A stretch of 64,000 bases of DNA from a virus (IMGVR_UViG_3300013132_000031:32001-96000); one strand, 5' to 3'. Shown: positions 8,509-19,180, counted from the stretch's first letter. Numbers and translations: made by a program. The notes: generated by a model not told the origin, from the sequence alone.

Positions 8509-11500
8509 TCATTGTCCAGCTGCAATGGCTCCAGTATTCTTGATACGCAGTGGAATGTAAATGAATTCCACGGACTTTACAGGTTCAATGGCCACATCCA
8601 AATAAAGTTCATTGCGATCAATTCTAGCAGGTGTATTATTGCTTTCGTCACACACCACCAGATAGTCATAGATGGCACGTTTGGCTATCAAGTCAATCAT
8701 CAGACTATTTGTGGTGTTGAGTATTTCATTGCGTGTGATCTGATCATTGGGTTCAAACAAGTACAGTTTGCCAATTTCTTCCAGGCGTCCACGCAAGAAC
8801 ACTATGAGTCGGGCCACGTTGATACGATCCAAGGCCGTGGTCGTAGTCTGACGTGTTTTGTTGCCAAAGTTGGTTATACCCACTCCTGGAATAAAGGTAA
8901 TGGGGTTGATGTTGTTTTCGTACAATACATCACGCAGTCCTTGACCTATGGCAGTTTGCACAAATTCACCTGTGGCAGAGTCAATGTAACCAATTGCACT
9001 GGCATTGTCAATCACACCGCGGCGTGTGCCAGCTGGTGCCAACCATGGAAAACTAACAGCATCACTGCGCAGTATGGTGCGTACCATCATGTGACTGGGC
9101 GGTGCAACCACTGTGTTGCCTGACAGATCATTAGTTTGACAGCTGGGATAGAACACAGCAGCATAAGCTGATCCAATGGTCAATCCATCTTCTGTTGGCA
9201 ATCCAAGTCCGCCATTGTCGGTGGCATAGGTTGCAAGGTCAGTGCCATTGGCTGCAAGACGCATGGGAGTGTCACCCACAACAAACAATGTGTTTGATCG
9301 TTCATTGCTGAGCGCCACTAGATTGGTGGCCAGTTCAGGATACCCAGGTGCTGCTATCAAATTGAATTGATTTTGTTCTTCTCTGGCAGATAAGCTGGTA
9401 TCTATACCAGCTCGCATGGCTCTGATTACCAGTGCTCGTTGGGCTTGACGTCCTGCATACATGCTACCGTTGTCTTTGTTACCGCTGGTGGTAACCCAAG
9501 TGTAACTGTACAATGGCAAGTTGGCATTGTTTGTAGGGGCAGCAGGATTGTAAGCACCAGCATCAGGATAATTGGCTGTGGTAAAGTAGTTGGTTGTAAA
9601 CTCTTTTACATTGTAACCGCTTCTACGTGTGTTGAACAACAGCATGCCTTGGGGATACAGTGCAGGATCGGGCGCATCCAGATCCAAGTGGTCGCTGGTC
9701 AACAAACTCTCAATGGTAGGAATGTCATCAGTCACAGGATTGGTGGCGCCTGTTGTGCTCCAACGTGCATCAGCAAACAAGATACCATTTTGTGTCACTT
9801 GGTCTGTGGTATCCACTGCTACCCATTGCTCCAGTCCGTCTACCTGTTCCCAACGATACAGGGCAGGATACGCTTCTAGGTCACTGGTGTCAATCCAAAG
9901 GTCGCCCAGTTCTAGTGGTGACTCAGCTGTGTCATTTTGTGTGAGCGGAGCCGATGCAGCCACTATGGGACCACTGGCATTGGTCAAGCTGAGATCAAAG
10001 CCGCGAACATCATTTGTGACGTTTTGATAACCAAGCCAGGCGCCATTTTCTTGTATCATGATGTCTGCTTCGTCCACAGTGCTGTAGTACCACAATCTAC
10101 CGTCGGTAGGATTTTGATCTGGTGCATTGTCGCTGGCAGTGTAGGTGAACAGTGGGCTTGTGACCCAATTAGACAACACAAGATAGCTGCCGCCCAATGG
10201 ATCAGCTCTGACGTATGTGGTGTTAACAGAAAATCCTGCAGTGGCCAATGGTGTACCAGTGTCGGGTCCCACAAAAATAGTACCGCCTTGTGAATGTGTG
10301 AACACAATCTTGCCTGCGCTGTTTACACTGGCGCTGACAAATGGCACATTGGCCAAGCTCACTGCTGAGATAAAGTTGGCCACTGAGCCTGTGCCTGCAA
10401 TGGTCACTGTGGCTGTGGTCGTTGTGGCTGTGCCAGCTTCTGTACCAATCAAAACAAAAGTATTGCCTGGAGTAAATGCGTTGCCAGTGGGAGTGGTTGT
10501 GCCTGTGACCACTGTGGCCCCCAATGCAATTCTTTCCAACAGAAGGAAAGCACTGTTGGCATTTGGTGCAGTTGTTGACGCCAAGCTGTTGTACTGTGTA
10601 TAAGTTGTGCCTACAGGTATGTTCTTGCCGCCGCCTGTGGGGTCAAGACTGAATATGGCCTGTGCATCGTCTTGGAACACAAGAGAATCTTGACTCACAA
10701 ACACATCCAATGCAGCTGAATATTTTTTAACTTTGAGACTCATGCCTGCATTAACAGGGCTGAGATTTTGCCACACACTGCCGGTGGGATGCGGTGCTGT
10801 GCTTACGCCAGTGCCTGTGTCTGTGGTTCTCCAACGTGGAGCCTGATAACTGTAGCCTGGGAAATAAGCAGGTGAACGATATTCCAACGCTGTGATACCC
10901 AAGGCAGTCAACAGTGCTGAACCACCATTGGGACCAGGGATGATAGAAACCAGTCCGCCAGACGCAGTGGATCCGTCATTGGTGGCCAGGCTGTTGGCAT
11001 AGATGGCCAGGCTGCCGCCCACATTCGCAGCACTCACACCAGTGATGGCTGCTGCATTGATGGTGTTGGCAAATCCTGTCACAGTGTTGGTAGCACCCAC
11101 CGCAATCAAGTTGCCGTTGATGTAGATATTGGCGCCAACGGTTAGAGTGGTCGGAGTGGTTGATCCAACCACTGCTGGCCAAGATATTTTCCAAGCGTCT
11201 GTGCCCACTTGTACCCAGTCATTGTCTTCGTTTTTGTAGTACATGGGGTTGTTTAACGCCACCGCACTCACTGCATAGTCTCCAACACTGCCAAATGATG
11301 GGATGGGAGTATAATCGTCAGCATCAAAGTCTACTACATTCACAGTGTCTACAATTACCAGTGGAGTTTTTGTGGTAAATGTTGCCGAAGTTTGATTCCA
11401 TTCTTGTACTCCCCACACTGTGGTAGAAGTATCCAACCAATAAGTTCCGTTGTCGGGGTTGCCAGTGGGACGACTGAGAGTAGCTGTCAATTCAGTCAAG

Positions 11501-11844
11501 TCAATGTCAACACGTTGAATATAAGCACGATTTGACACGCCCAGTGCAGAGTATGCTGCCAACAAACCGTATTCGTTGAGCTCGTAGCCGTTGATGGGAG
11601 TACCAGTGGTAGTGCTGTAGAAAAATGGCACGCCAAATGTGGCTGCAAGATCACGTTGACTGGTTATGAGATATGTTTTGTTGGCGTTGGCAGCAGTAGT
11701 GCCTGCTGCAATGCCTATACCTGCAGCATCAGCTTTGTTTTGTGCTGTGGCCACAAGAAAATAGGGTACTGTGTTTACCGCGGAAGGGATATATTGACTC
11801 TCGTCAATTACTGTTACTTCTACGCCAGGTGATGTTAGTGCCAT
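8509..11844 (-). CDS. gp18: Contractile tail sheath protein
   Basis: N-terminal SPGVEVTVID; C-terminal PWLAPAGTRRG, LYENNINPI, LDRINVARL, FEPND, CDESNNTP, VEFIYI. Confidence 0.95.
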   Translation of the reverse strand: MALTSPGVEVTVIDESQYIPSAVNTVPYFLVATAQNKADAAGIGIAAGTTAANANKTYLITSQRDLAATFGVPFFYSTTTGTPINGYELNEYGLLAAYSALGVSNRAYIQRVDIDLTELTATLSRPTGNPDNGTYWLDTSTTVWGVQEWNQTSATFTTKTPLVIVDTVNVVDFDADDYTPIPSFGSVGDYAVSAVALNNPMYYKNEDNDWVQVGTDAWKISWPAVVGSTTPTTLTVGANIYINGNLIAVGATNTVTGFANTINAAAITGVSAANVGGSLAIYANSLATNDGSTASGGLVSIIPGPNGGSALLTALGITALEYRSPAYFPGYSYQAPRWRTTDTGTGVSTAPHPTGSVWQNLSPVNAGMSLKVKKYSAALDVFVSQDSLVFQDDAQAIFSLDPTGGGKNIPVGTTYTQYNSLASTTAPNANSAFLLLERIALGATVVTGTTTPTGNAFTPGNTFVLIGTEAGTATTTTATVTIAGTGSVANFISAVSLANVPFVSASVNSAGKIVFTHSQGGTIFVGPDTGTPLATAGFSVNTTYVRADPLGGSYLVLSNWVTSPLFTYTASDNAPDQNPTDGRLWYYSTVDEADIMIQENGAWLGYQNVTNDVRGFDLSLTNASGPIVAASAPLTQNDTAESPLELGDLWIDTSDLEAYPALYRWEQVDGLEQWVAVDTTDQVTQNGILFADARWSTTGATNPVTDDIPTIESLLTSDHLDLDAPDPALYPQGMLLFNTRRSGYNVKEFTTNYFTTANYPDAGAYNPAAPTNNANLPLYSYTWVTTSGNKDNGSMYAGRQAQRALVIRAMRAGIDTSLSAREEQNQFNLIAAPGYPELATNLVALSNERSNTLFVVGDTPMRLAANGTDLATYATDNGGLGLPTEDGLTIGSAYAAVFYPSCQTNDLSGNTVVAPPSHMMVRTILRSDAVSFPWLAPAGTRRGVIDNASAIGYIDSATGEFVQTAIGQGLRDVLYENNINPITFIPGVGITNFGNKTRQTTTTALDRINVARLIVFLRGRLEEIGKLYLFEPNDQITRNEILNTTNSLMIDLIAKRAIYDYLVVCDESNNTPARIDRNELYLDVAIEPVKSVEFIYIPLRIKNTGAIAAGQ

Positions 11845-11869
11845 GATTACTTCCTTTTCAAGTTATTGA

Positions 11870-11877
11870 TATTTATA
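11870..11877 (-). promoter_or_regulatory. Late promoter TATAAATA for sheath
   Basis: Exact T4 late consensus on the - strand. Confidence 0.8.
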
Positions 11878-11940
11878 GGCATACCCAAAAAAACTCAGTT
11901 TACACTGCCCTTTGCCCAAGGTCCAGGCGCTAAATATCGT

Positions 11941-12285
11941 ATGAGACCCATTTGTCAAGCCTGCAATCAACGGCCATGTGCTGTGAATTACATTAAGGAA
12001 GATACAACACACTATCGCAGTCGTTGCGAAACTTGCCAGCGCCGGGGACGAGGAATCAAGCCCAGGGAGCCACGTTGGAAATCTTCAGGATACAAGAAAA
12101 AACCCGCATGTGATAGATGCGGGTTTCGAGCAAGACTTGCCAGTCAGTTGTTGGTGTATCACATTGACGGAGATCTCAACAATGTTGCATTGAGAAATCT
12201 CAAAACAATCTGTAAAAATTGTGTAGAAGAAGTGTCACGCACAGAAGTTACTTGGCGGGCGGGTGATCTCGAACCAGACGCTTGA
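11941..12285 (+). CDS. Zn-finger HNH-like endonuclease
   Basis: CxxC pairs and VYHIDGDLNN..NLKTICKNC. Start moved to ATG 11941, 4 nt after TAAATA (11931-11936). Confidence 0.75.
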   Translation: MRPICQACNQRPCAVNYIKEDTTHYRSRCETCQRRGRGIKPREPRWKSSGYKKKPACDRCGFRARLASQLLVYHIDGDLNNVALRNLKTICKNCVEEVSRTEVTWRAGDLEPDA

Positions 12286-12898
12286 CCTGCTGGTACAAGT
12301 CATCTAATGTACCGTTGTTGTCCAGTACCACATCGAACTTAGTGCCCACCCAAGCAGTTTCTGACGCATGCACACCCAGTTGCTCTAATTTTCTGCCGCT
12401 GAGAGCCCAGGTTGGATTGCCATCAGGGCCACGATTACGACTCACAGCCGCATCGTACCACTCGGGTTCGGGTCCGCGCACCACACGTACCACCCGGCCG
12501 CCAGCAGCACGAATGGCATGAATTTCGTTGGGAAATCTGCAATCGCTTATGACCACATCATCCCGGCTGTTGCGCAATTTGTTTTCTAGGCTGGCAATCC
12601 AGATGTCATCGTGGAAGCCTTTGCGGCATACTTCGGTGCCCCACTGTTGCAGGATCCAACGCGGGGTCAAGTGTGGTATGTCCAGTCGTTGGGCCCACCA
12701 GGGATCCACCTGCTCGCGCCACTCACGGGCCATCTTTGTACGGCCCTCCAGCATGGTTCTGTCCCAGCCAAACACCTGTGCCACAGCGTCTTTGAGTGTG
12801 TTGGCAAAACTTTCTCGTCGAAAGTGATGTAGGTTCACTAGATAGTCTGCAATAGTATCTTTGCCTGAGCCAATAAATCCACAAACTCCAATGATCAT
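12248..12898 (-). CDS. gp1: Deoxynucleoside monophosphate kinase
   Basis: GFIGSGKDT P-loop, PRWILQQWGTE, ISDCRFPNE, HASE. Confidence 0.92.
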   Translation of the reverse strand: MIIGVCGFIGSGKDTIADYLVNLHHFRRESFANTLKDAVAQVFGWDRTMLEGRTKMAREWREQVDPWWAQRLDIPHLTPRWILQQWGTEVCRKGFHDDIWIASLENKLRNSRDDVVISDCRFPNEIHAIRAAGGRVVRVVRGPEPEWYDAAVSRNRGPDGNPTWALSGRKLEQLGVHASETAWVGTKFDVVLDNNGTLDDLYQQVKRLVRDHPPAK

Positions 12899-13416
12899 GC
12901 CAGTTCCTTGATATTTAAATGAATCAGGGTTGCTTGCAACATGTCAATTTGTCTGCGGCAGTCTTCCAACGCATGATGGCTGGTAGGCGGTCGGGGCAAC
13001 CCTGGATACAGCTTATATACCGTTCGTGCATCACAGATCTTATAATATTGCCATGGTAATGGTTTACCATAACTCTTGTAGGCATGCTCTAGGATGTTGG
13101 CATCGTATGTGGGACCATTCATCCAGATGCGATTGCACTTCCAACATAATTTATGCAGTTCATCCAAGGCTTGATCCAGTGGGATACGACCCTGTTCATT
13201 GAACGCTTCGTCACGTGCGGCTGCAGGTTGTGTGGTCCACCAGTTGATGGTGCCTTGTTCAATAGTACGGTTTTCTTGGCTTTCAAAATCAACTCTGGCA
13301 TAATACTTGTGCTCGTAGTAACCAGTGCCAAGGGGATCAAATGCCTGGGCCGCAATGGTTAGAATTGTGGTCTCAGGGCCTGTTGCCAAACCTTCAATGT
13401 CGATCATTAGGTCCAT
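12895..13416 (-). CDS. DEDDh 3'-5' exonuclease (Rv2179c/DexA-like)
   Basis: DLMIDIE, WMNGPTYD, DART and HHALEDC motifs; extended -10 TGCTATAAT at 13422-13430. Confidence 0.85.
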   Translation of the reverse strand: MDLMIDIEGLATGPETTILTIAAQAFDPLGTGYYEHKYYARVDFESQENRTIEQGTINWWTTQPAAARDEAFNEQGRIPLDQALDELHKLCWKCNRIWMNGPTYDANILEHAYKSYGKPLPWQYYKICDARTVYKLYPGLPRPPTSHHALEDCRRQIDMLQATLIHLNIKELA

Positions 13417-13456
13417 GCTGTATTATAGCAGGAATTTTGATAAAAGTGTGTGCAGT

Positions 13457-14227
13457 TTAGCCAATAACCCAGGTGATTGGTTGTGACCCATCCACATAGT
13501 TTACCAATTGAACAACCAGCGCATCCATCTGGGCCTGTGCTTCGGTTTTCATTGCAGTGCCATTCAACGCACTGCCGCCCTGCGGTCCAGCAATGGTACC
13601 AAACTTTTCACGTGCTTCGCCAATGATCATTTTGCAGTTGGCCACCATGTAGTCTCGTAACCATTGTTTTATTTGGTGATCACTCAACAGGTTGAATTCA
13701 GGTTTCAAGTTGTAGGTCCACAGCAACACAGTTTCGCCGGAGCCTTTGGGATCACGAATCAGTTGCAATTTTTTGGTCACAGGATTCCAGGTGTAGTTCA
13801 TGTAGGCGCCAAACATGCGTCCGGCCAGCTCAATGTATTGACTGTAGAAATCATATGTGGCCAGGCCTCCTGCCACGTTGAAGTTCATGAGATACACATT
13901 GATACTTGCTTGTGCAAACGGGTCAAAGTTTGACGCAAACGGTCCCGAACTGTCGCCAAATGTTCTGCGGAATATTTGACGCACACTCACAACTTCTTGA
14001 GGCAGTTCGTAGATGTTGACATCTTGTACCAACTGCATGAAACTGTAACTTTCCTCGTAGGCGTTGTTGGCTCGTTGGCGATAGGTGCCAATGGTTTTTT
14101 GATAGGCCGCTTCGTAGTGTGAGGGGTCTAGTTCTAGGTCAATGATATCCCCGCCCAACTGAAGTTTGACATACTCTATCAAGTTTTGTTTCAGTGTAGG
14201 CAGTGATTGCTGTTGCTGTTCTGGCAT
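13457..14227 (-). CDS. gp13: Neck protein (gp13-like)
   Basis: LIEYVKLQLG..IDLEL, YELPQEVVSV, IIGEAREKF..GPQGG..LNG, terminal WVIG. Confidence 0.8.
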   Translation of the reverse strand: MPEQQQQSLPTLKQNLIEYVKLQLGGDIIDLELDPSHYEAAYQKTIGTYRQRANNAYEESYSFMQLVQDVNIYELPQEVVSVRQIFRRTFGDSSGPFASNFDPFAQASINVYLMNFNVAGGLATYDFYSQYIELAGRMFGAYMNYTWNPVTKKLQLIRDPKGSGETVLLWTYNLKPEFNLLSDHQIKQWLRDYMVANCKMIIGEAREKFGTIAGPQGGSALNGTAMKTEAQAQMDALVVQLVNYVDGSQPITWVIG

Positions 14228-14248
14228 CTGGAACTCCGGTTCCTGTAT

Positions 14249-15319
14249 TTATTGAAGTTTTGCTATCGTGTTGGGCAACCATTGGGCAAAATCCACGGGC
14301 CACTGGCGTTGCATTTGTGCCAACAGTTGTTGATTGTGTGTGGCCGCTGCGTGACATCTCACAGCCAATTTGATTTGATCAGAATTTTTTATGTTGTGAT
14401 AATTTTGTATGTTGAGTCTGACAAATTCTGTGATTTTTCCATGCCCGTACATGGTGTTACTTTGTGTCAAACGGTCATAACTGTGATCTACCACATCATC
14501 CAACACATCAAACCCCAGTGTTTTCAAATACTCCACAGCGTGTTTTGCTGAAAACACAGCCCAAGGTGCTGGCGTTACCAGTGCTCTAAATATCTTTTCG
14601 CTGAATGCTACAGTGGCGTCTCCAGCATAGGTTTCAATTACCAAATTGAGGCACGCACCAACCTGCGTTTGCTCAACTGTTAGTGCATGGTTTCTAATGG
14701 GTATGTGGGGTCGGGTTTGATCAAACCACTCGGCATATTCGGTGTTGTGCAATTGATTCAACTGTGTCCAACAATGTGCAAAACTGTGTTGAGCATGTTC
14801 AGCAGTGTGCTCATTGCCCTGTGCTCGTGCATTGAAATTCACATGATCCAATTGTTGCACTTGATCAATCCCGCCCGACTGTTTTGTCAATTCTAATAGA
14901 ATCAACTGTCGCTGACTGTCTAGCCTGTTGACTGAAAAATTAAATCGCCGACTTGGTGTCCAATTTTGATCTGCTGGCACATAACTAAACACTCCAAAGT
15001 AACTTGATGGCAACTTTAGAATCTCATAATTGGTAGCAAAGGGCATGTGGTTGTCAGTGACGATTGTGGTGTCAGTATCAAACCACTGATCAGGTGGCAG
15101 GCTCCAATCATCTCGGTTGACTCCAAAGTCATCGGCCAAACACACAATGACCTTGCGACTACCGCGCCCCCATGCTCTGGCACTGCCGGGTATTTTTCGA
15201 TAGCCCATGTTCATCAACACACTTGAAAACAAATGAACCATTGCATGCTCATGATACATGCAGTGACTTTGCTGAAATATTTCTCCAAGATCAATTCGAT
15301 AAAACTCTTGGTCAAACAT
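14249..15319 (-). CDS. GT10-like putative glycosyltransferase
   Basis: C-terminal NLVIET..FSEKIFRAL..PW..YLKTLGFDV..DHSYD motif. Confidence 0.55.
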   Translation of the reverse strand: MFDQEFYRIDLGEIFQQSHCMYHEHAMVHLFSSVLMNMGYRKIPGSARAWGRGSRKVIVCLADDFGVNRDDWSLPPDQWFDTDTTIVTDNHMPFATNYEILKLPSSYFGVFSYVPADQNWTPSRRFNFSVNRLDSQRQLILLELTKQSGGIDQVQQLDHVNFNARAQGNEHTAEHAQHSFAHCWTQLNQLHNTEYAEWFDQTRPHIPIRNHALTVEQTQVGACLNLVIETYAGDATVAFSEKIFRALVTPAPWAVFSAKHAVEYLKTLGFDVLDDVVDHSYDRLTQSNTMYGHGKITEFVRLNIQNYHNIKNSDQIKLAVRCHAAATHNQQLLAQMQRQWPVDFAQWLPNTIAKLQ

Positions 15320-16211
15320 TGCTGGTTCCTTTGATCACTGGAAATATTTTTTGAAATGTGTACTGCTCAGGACAAAATTTACACTGTGCAATGGGATTAT
15401 CCAATTGAGCAAAAAATTCTTGTTGATAAGTTTCAAAATTGTCCACGCTCAGTGGCTGATACGAATTTAACAATGCTCGGTCTGCAGCAGATATATCCAA
15501 TGTGTGTTGTTGATCAAACTCGGGCATCAGTGCCACTGGCGCACACTTGTACAACTGGCCGCGTATGAAATGATAACTTTTGAATGTGGCAAATCCACAA
15601 TTTTGATGTGCAAAAAATGGATCGCTGTTGTGCAATTTGAACACTGGTTGGGTGCTGTTTTGCCAAGAATGAGTGATGGCGGCCGAATGAAACGTATCAA
15701 CGTTCATCACCGTTACCACTATGCCATTGCGGTCAACAAACAAATAATCACTACTCCAAAAATTTTTTGGATGTCCTTTTGGATATATTTGCACTGGTCC
15801 TTTAAGGAACCATAGTATGTCTTCTTTTAATTTTTCAAACTGATCAGGGTTGTGCAAACTCACACCAATGTAATTGTGCGGACGAGTCTGATGTGGAAAA
15901 AACAAAGCATCATAAAGATCAGGATTGTGTCTAAATCTAGTACCATTAGTGAGTATTTGTACTTCAATTCCAAATATGCGATTAATGCCACGCACCCAGT
16001 CTATCAGGGTGGGGTTCAAAAAAGGTTCCCCGCCCATGATAGTGACTGCTGTGAGATTAACTAACTTACCCCACTGCTGGTATTGATCTTCATAGTCGCC
16101 CCAACGCTGCCAACCTTTAAAATTGAAATTGTTAAATCTATTGCAGTGCTGGCAGGTTAAATTGCATACGTTGGTAATGTATACGTCTACTTTGTTGGGG
16201 ATTACATGCAT
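15312..16211 (-). CDS. Radical SAM protein
   Basis: CNLTCQHC (CxxxCxxC), GGEP, TNG, C-terminal C..LYKC..CKFC auxiliary-cluster motif. Confidence 0.9.
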   Translation of the reverse strand: MHVIPNKVDVYITNVCNLTCQHCNRFNNFNFKGWQRWGDYEDQYQQWGKLVNLTAVTIMGGEPFLNPTLIDWVRGINRIFGIEVQILTNGTRFRHNPDLYDALFFPHQTRPHNYIGVSLHNPDQFEKLKEDILWFLKGPVQIYPKGHPKNFWSSDYLFVDRNGIVVTVMNVDTFHSAAITHSWQNSTQPVFKLHNSDPFFAHQNCGFATFKSYHFIRGQLYKCAPVALMPEFDQQHTLDISAADRALLNSYQPLSVDNFETYQQEFFAQLDNPIAQCKFCPEQYTFQKIFPVIKGTSNV

Positions 16212-16218
16212 CCACTAC

Positions 16219-17355
16219 TTACCAGGCTTTTAGCACCACCAAGTTCTCTGTACCACGCCCGTTGAATGGAGTCTCAGTTGTGGTAAGGTCTTTGTAGATC
16301 TTACGTGCGGCTGGCTTGCCTGCGGCTTGCACTGCTTTCACAACATCTGCTGGCTTGCGCACAGTTTTTTGCATGGTCTCAATGGTACTGAAACCAATGA
16401 TGCTGTTTGACTTCACAGTAAACGCCTGTGTGTGACTGTCGGCCACAATGTGGATCAACTTGCGCTTCTTGGTATCGTACAACCATGCTTCGGCTTTGTC
16501 CACAAGACTTGCGGCTGGCAAGCCTCGGAGTTTGAGTTCGGCAAATTCCATCATGACTTTGAATTTTGCGGCACGTTTTTCAGGTGGCACTGACCGGACC
16601 TTGCGTGGCTTGCGTTCCACTTTCTTGATTTGTACGTATGCACCGCAGTCATTGATCACTGCTTCGCAAAACTTCACAATGTTGCGCATTTGAATCTTTG
16701 AAAAATTGCTGTAGCCTTCCGCGAGTTGTGCGTCTTTGCCTTCCATAGCAGTTTCAAATTCTGCCAGTTTGGCCTTCCACAAGTTGGCAATGTCCGAAAT
16801 CATTTGCGGTGCTACATTTAGCCCACGGATCACTGTGATAGGTTTGTAGTCTGCTGACATCTTGACACCTGCAACCACAAACTCATCAAACATGCCATCC
16901 AGTTCTCCAGCACATTCTGATACCTTTTCACGCAGGCGATCCTGAATGTTGGGCTTGGTCACTGGGGGTGCGGCGTCTACTACTACCACTTCGGGTTCAC
17001 GTGCTCGTAAAATTTCTTGAATGTAGCCTTCTAATCGAACTGTCTCAGTGTCTGTGAGTTCCAGGCCTACCATACTCATACGGCAAAGCCATGCAGTGGT
17101 CAAACGAACTGCCGAGTCAGGCACGCCTTTCAATGCACGAACATCTGCTCGGCGTCCGTTGTGCTCTAAGTAAGCCACCAACATCTCACGTGCGTCTTTT
17201 TTGCCGTAGAAGTAATTGTACCATGAAAAGGCAGCACTGAGCTGGCTGGTGCGATCATCTGTGGGTTGCACACGCCATGTTGGTTCCAGTCCTGTGTATT
17301 TGGTATCGGGACTGCGAGGGTTCAGTGGCTTGACAACGGCTCGTGTTGCGTTCAT
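16219..17355 (-). CDS. Conserved hypothetical early protein
   Basis: 378 aa ORF with AAGGAG RBS and an upstream sigma70 promoter. Confidence 0.7.
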   Translation of the reverse strand: MNATRAVVKPLNPRSPDTKYTGLEPTWRVQPTDDRTSQLSAAFSWYNYFYGKKDAREMLVAYLEHNGRRADVRALKGVPDSAVRLTTAWLCRMSMVGLELTDTETVRLEGYIQEILRAREPEVVVVDAAPPVTKPNIQDRLREKVSECAGELDGMFDEFVVAGVKMSADYKPITVIRGLNVAPQMISDIANLWKAKLAEFETAMEGKDAQLAEGYSNFSKIQMRNIVKFCEAVINDCGAYVQIKKVERKPRKVRSVPPEKRAAKFKVMMEFAELKLRGLPAASLVDKAEAWLYDTKKRKLIHIVADSHTQAFTVKSNSIIGFSTIETMQKTVRKPADVVKAVQAAGKPAARKIYKDLTTTETPFNGRGTENLVVLKAW

Positions 17356-17378
17356 CGGGGCTCCTTAAATTATATGTA

Positions 17379-17407
17379 ATTATAGCAGAATGGCCATTGT
17401 TGGTCAA
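17379..17407 (-). promoter_or_regulatory. Sigma70-type early promoter TTGACC-N17-TATAAT (extended TG)
   Basis: Exact 17-nt spacing. Confidence 0.85.
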
Positions 17408-17700
17408 CCCATTCTTTTTGGCAAATCTTTGACTAGATCGAACAAATACGAAGCTCGATTGATATTGAAGTTTTTGTGTCGATACATGTATGCTTTTTTG
17501 CGCTCGGCTATCTCTAGTGCGTCCATGAGTTGACATTTCAATTTGAAATCTCGTGTGCTCATCATCTCTGATTGCATGTCTTTCACATCTAGTGCATACT
17601 CCACCCATTTTTCGGTGGCTTTTACTTTGTCATATGGCACTATTGCTTTGCTGCCATTTGAGGTAGCATATTTGCTTACAAAATTGTGTGCTTTCATCAC
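17404..17700 (-). CDS. Hypothetical early protein
   Basis: AAGGAG RBS and its own sigma70 promoter. Confidence 0.7.
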   Translation of the reverse strand: MMKAHNFVSKYATSNGSKAIVPYDKVKATEKWVEYALDVKDMQSEMMSTRDFKLKCQLMDALEIAERKKAYMYRHKNFNINRASYLFDLVKDLPKRMG

Positions 17701-17723
17701 TCACTCCTTTGTTGTCAAGCTGT

Positions 17724-17752
17724 ATTATAGCAGTTTAGGAATATTTGGTCAA
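17724..17752 (-). promoter_or_regulatory. Sigma70-type early promoter TTGACC-N17-TATAAT (extended TG)
   Basis: Second copy; shares GAATGGGTTGACCAA with the promoter at 17379-17407. Confidence 0.85.
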
Positions 17753-17790
17753 CCCATTCAATGGTAAACCCAAAGTACTATAAATATAGC

Positions 17791-19131
17791 ATGCCACGCT
17801 TATCCCTATACCGTCCAAATCGCACTAAAGATTATCAATTTTTTGACCGCACCATTCGTGAAATGTACACTGTTGGCGGGGTCGACATGTATGTTCACAA
17901 ATATATGGGTCCACAAGCAGGCGGTGCAGACTCTACTCTAAGCGGCAATTTTGACGCCACACAGCCTGTGTACGAAGATCAAAGTGAGTTGAACATTCAA
18001 GACTTGCTGTTGTTGGAAAACCGTGATCGGATCTACTCCACAGACATATATACCATGCGTGGTGTGTTCAATCATCAAGACATTGATTTTGATTTGACAC
18101 AATTTGGATTGTTTTTGAACAACGACACCCTGTTTATTACGTTTCACTACAACACCATGATTGACGAATTTGGGCGCAAGCTCATGAACGGTGATGTGTT
18201 GGAACTGCCCAATTTGAAAGACTATCATCCGCTGAACAGTGACATACCCCTGGCTATTCCTAGATACTATGTGATACAAGATGCTGACTTTGCAGCTGAA
18301 GGATTTAGTCGCACCTGGTTGCCGCACTTGTGGCGTGTAAAAGCAACACCGTTGCAAAACCAACAAGAATACAATGACATACTCAAACGCCCATTCATGC
18401 CCGAAAACATCTGGGACAACGGCAATTACTATCCCACTGGCACAGTGGTCAATTACGGTGATGTGTACTACACTGCTCAAAAAAATGTCGCAGCAGGCAC
18501 TGACATCACAGACACCACGGCTTGGCTACCAGTGACCAATCCGCCCAGCATCAGTGATGTGATCAGTACCAGAAGCAAAGATTACCAGATCAACGATGAC
18601 ATTTTGATTCAAGCCGAGGTGGAGACTCCTGCATCTGGATACGACAGTAGCAAATTTTACATTGTGCCCACACAAAACGGCGAGCCAGCCAACCCCAGTG
18701 GCATCACTGCCGATGGCACTACCACAGTGGATGGCACACAAGGTGGCATGGATGTTACGCCAAAAGGCCAAGGCTATGCCGCAGGTTACATGACTGGTGG
18801 TGCAGTGGCACCCAATGGCCTGCCTGTGACACCAGCTGTGTCATTCCCGCCCAGTGCTGTGGCTGGCGATTATGTGTTGCGCTTGGACTACAAGCCCAAT
18901 AGACTGTTTCGTTATGATGGCAAACGTTGGGTCAAGATTGAACAGAAAGTCAGAACTTCTCTTGACAACGGGCCACAAAATCAAAGCCTGCGCAGCACTT
19001 TTGTAAATAACACAGCCACGGTGAATACCAAAGATCTAGGCAACATTCCAAGTAGACAAAGCCTTAGTGAAGCATTGAAACCCAGAGCCGACAATGGCGA
19101 TCAGGGTGGCTTCTTACCGCCTGGCACCTAA
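17791..19131 (+). CDS. Neck/head-closure protein (gp14-like) with inserted CBM5/12-like module
   Basis: TATAAATA at 17779-17786 then ATG 17791 (MPRLSLYRP); IQDLLLLENRDR..LTQFGLF..GDVLELP; WDNGNYYPTGTVVNY..YYTA..W insert. Confidence 0.65.
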   Translation: MPRLSLYRPNRTKDYQFFDRTIREMYTVGGVDMYVHKYMGPQAGGADSTLSGNFDATQPVYEDQSELNIQDLLLLENRDRIYSTDIYTMRGVFNHQDIDFDLTQFGLFLNNDTLFITFHYNTMIDEFGRKLMNGDVLELPNLKDYHPLNSDIPLAIPRYYVIQDADFAAEGFSRTWLPHLWRVKATPLQNQQEYNDILKRPFMPENIWDNGNYYPTGTVVNYGDVYYTAQKNVAAGTDITDTTAWLPVTNPPSISDVISTRSKDYQINDDILIQAEVETPASGYDSSKFYIVPTQNGEPANPSGITADGTTTVDGTQGGMDVTPKGQGYAAGYMTGGAVAPNGLPVTPAVSFPPSAVAGDYVLRLDYKPNRLFRYDGKRWVKIEQKVRTSLDNGPQNQSLRSTFVNNTATVNTKDLGNIPSRQSLSEALKPRADNGDQGGFLPPGT

Positions 19132-19180
19132 CGAAAGACCATAGACTGTAAACGAGTGTATATGGACTAGGAGAATTAAA

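Noticed and set aside
11866-11940. Upstream extensions in the ORF track (also 965-1033, 17761-17790, 20521-20574, 49228-49266, 52261-52404)
   Set aside because: They overlap promoters or neighbouring genes; the downstream starts have a proper promoter, RBS or coupling context.
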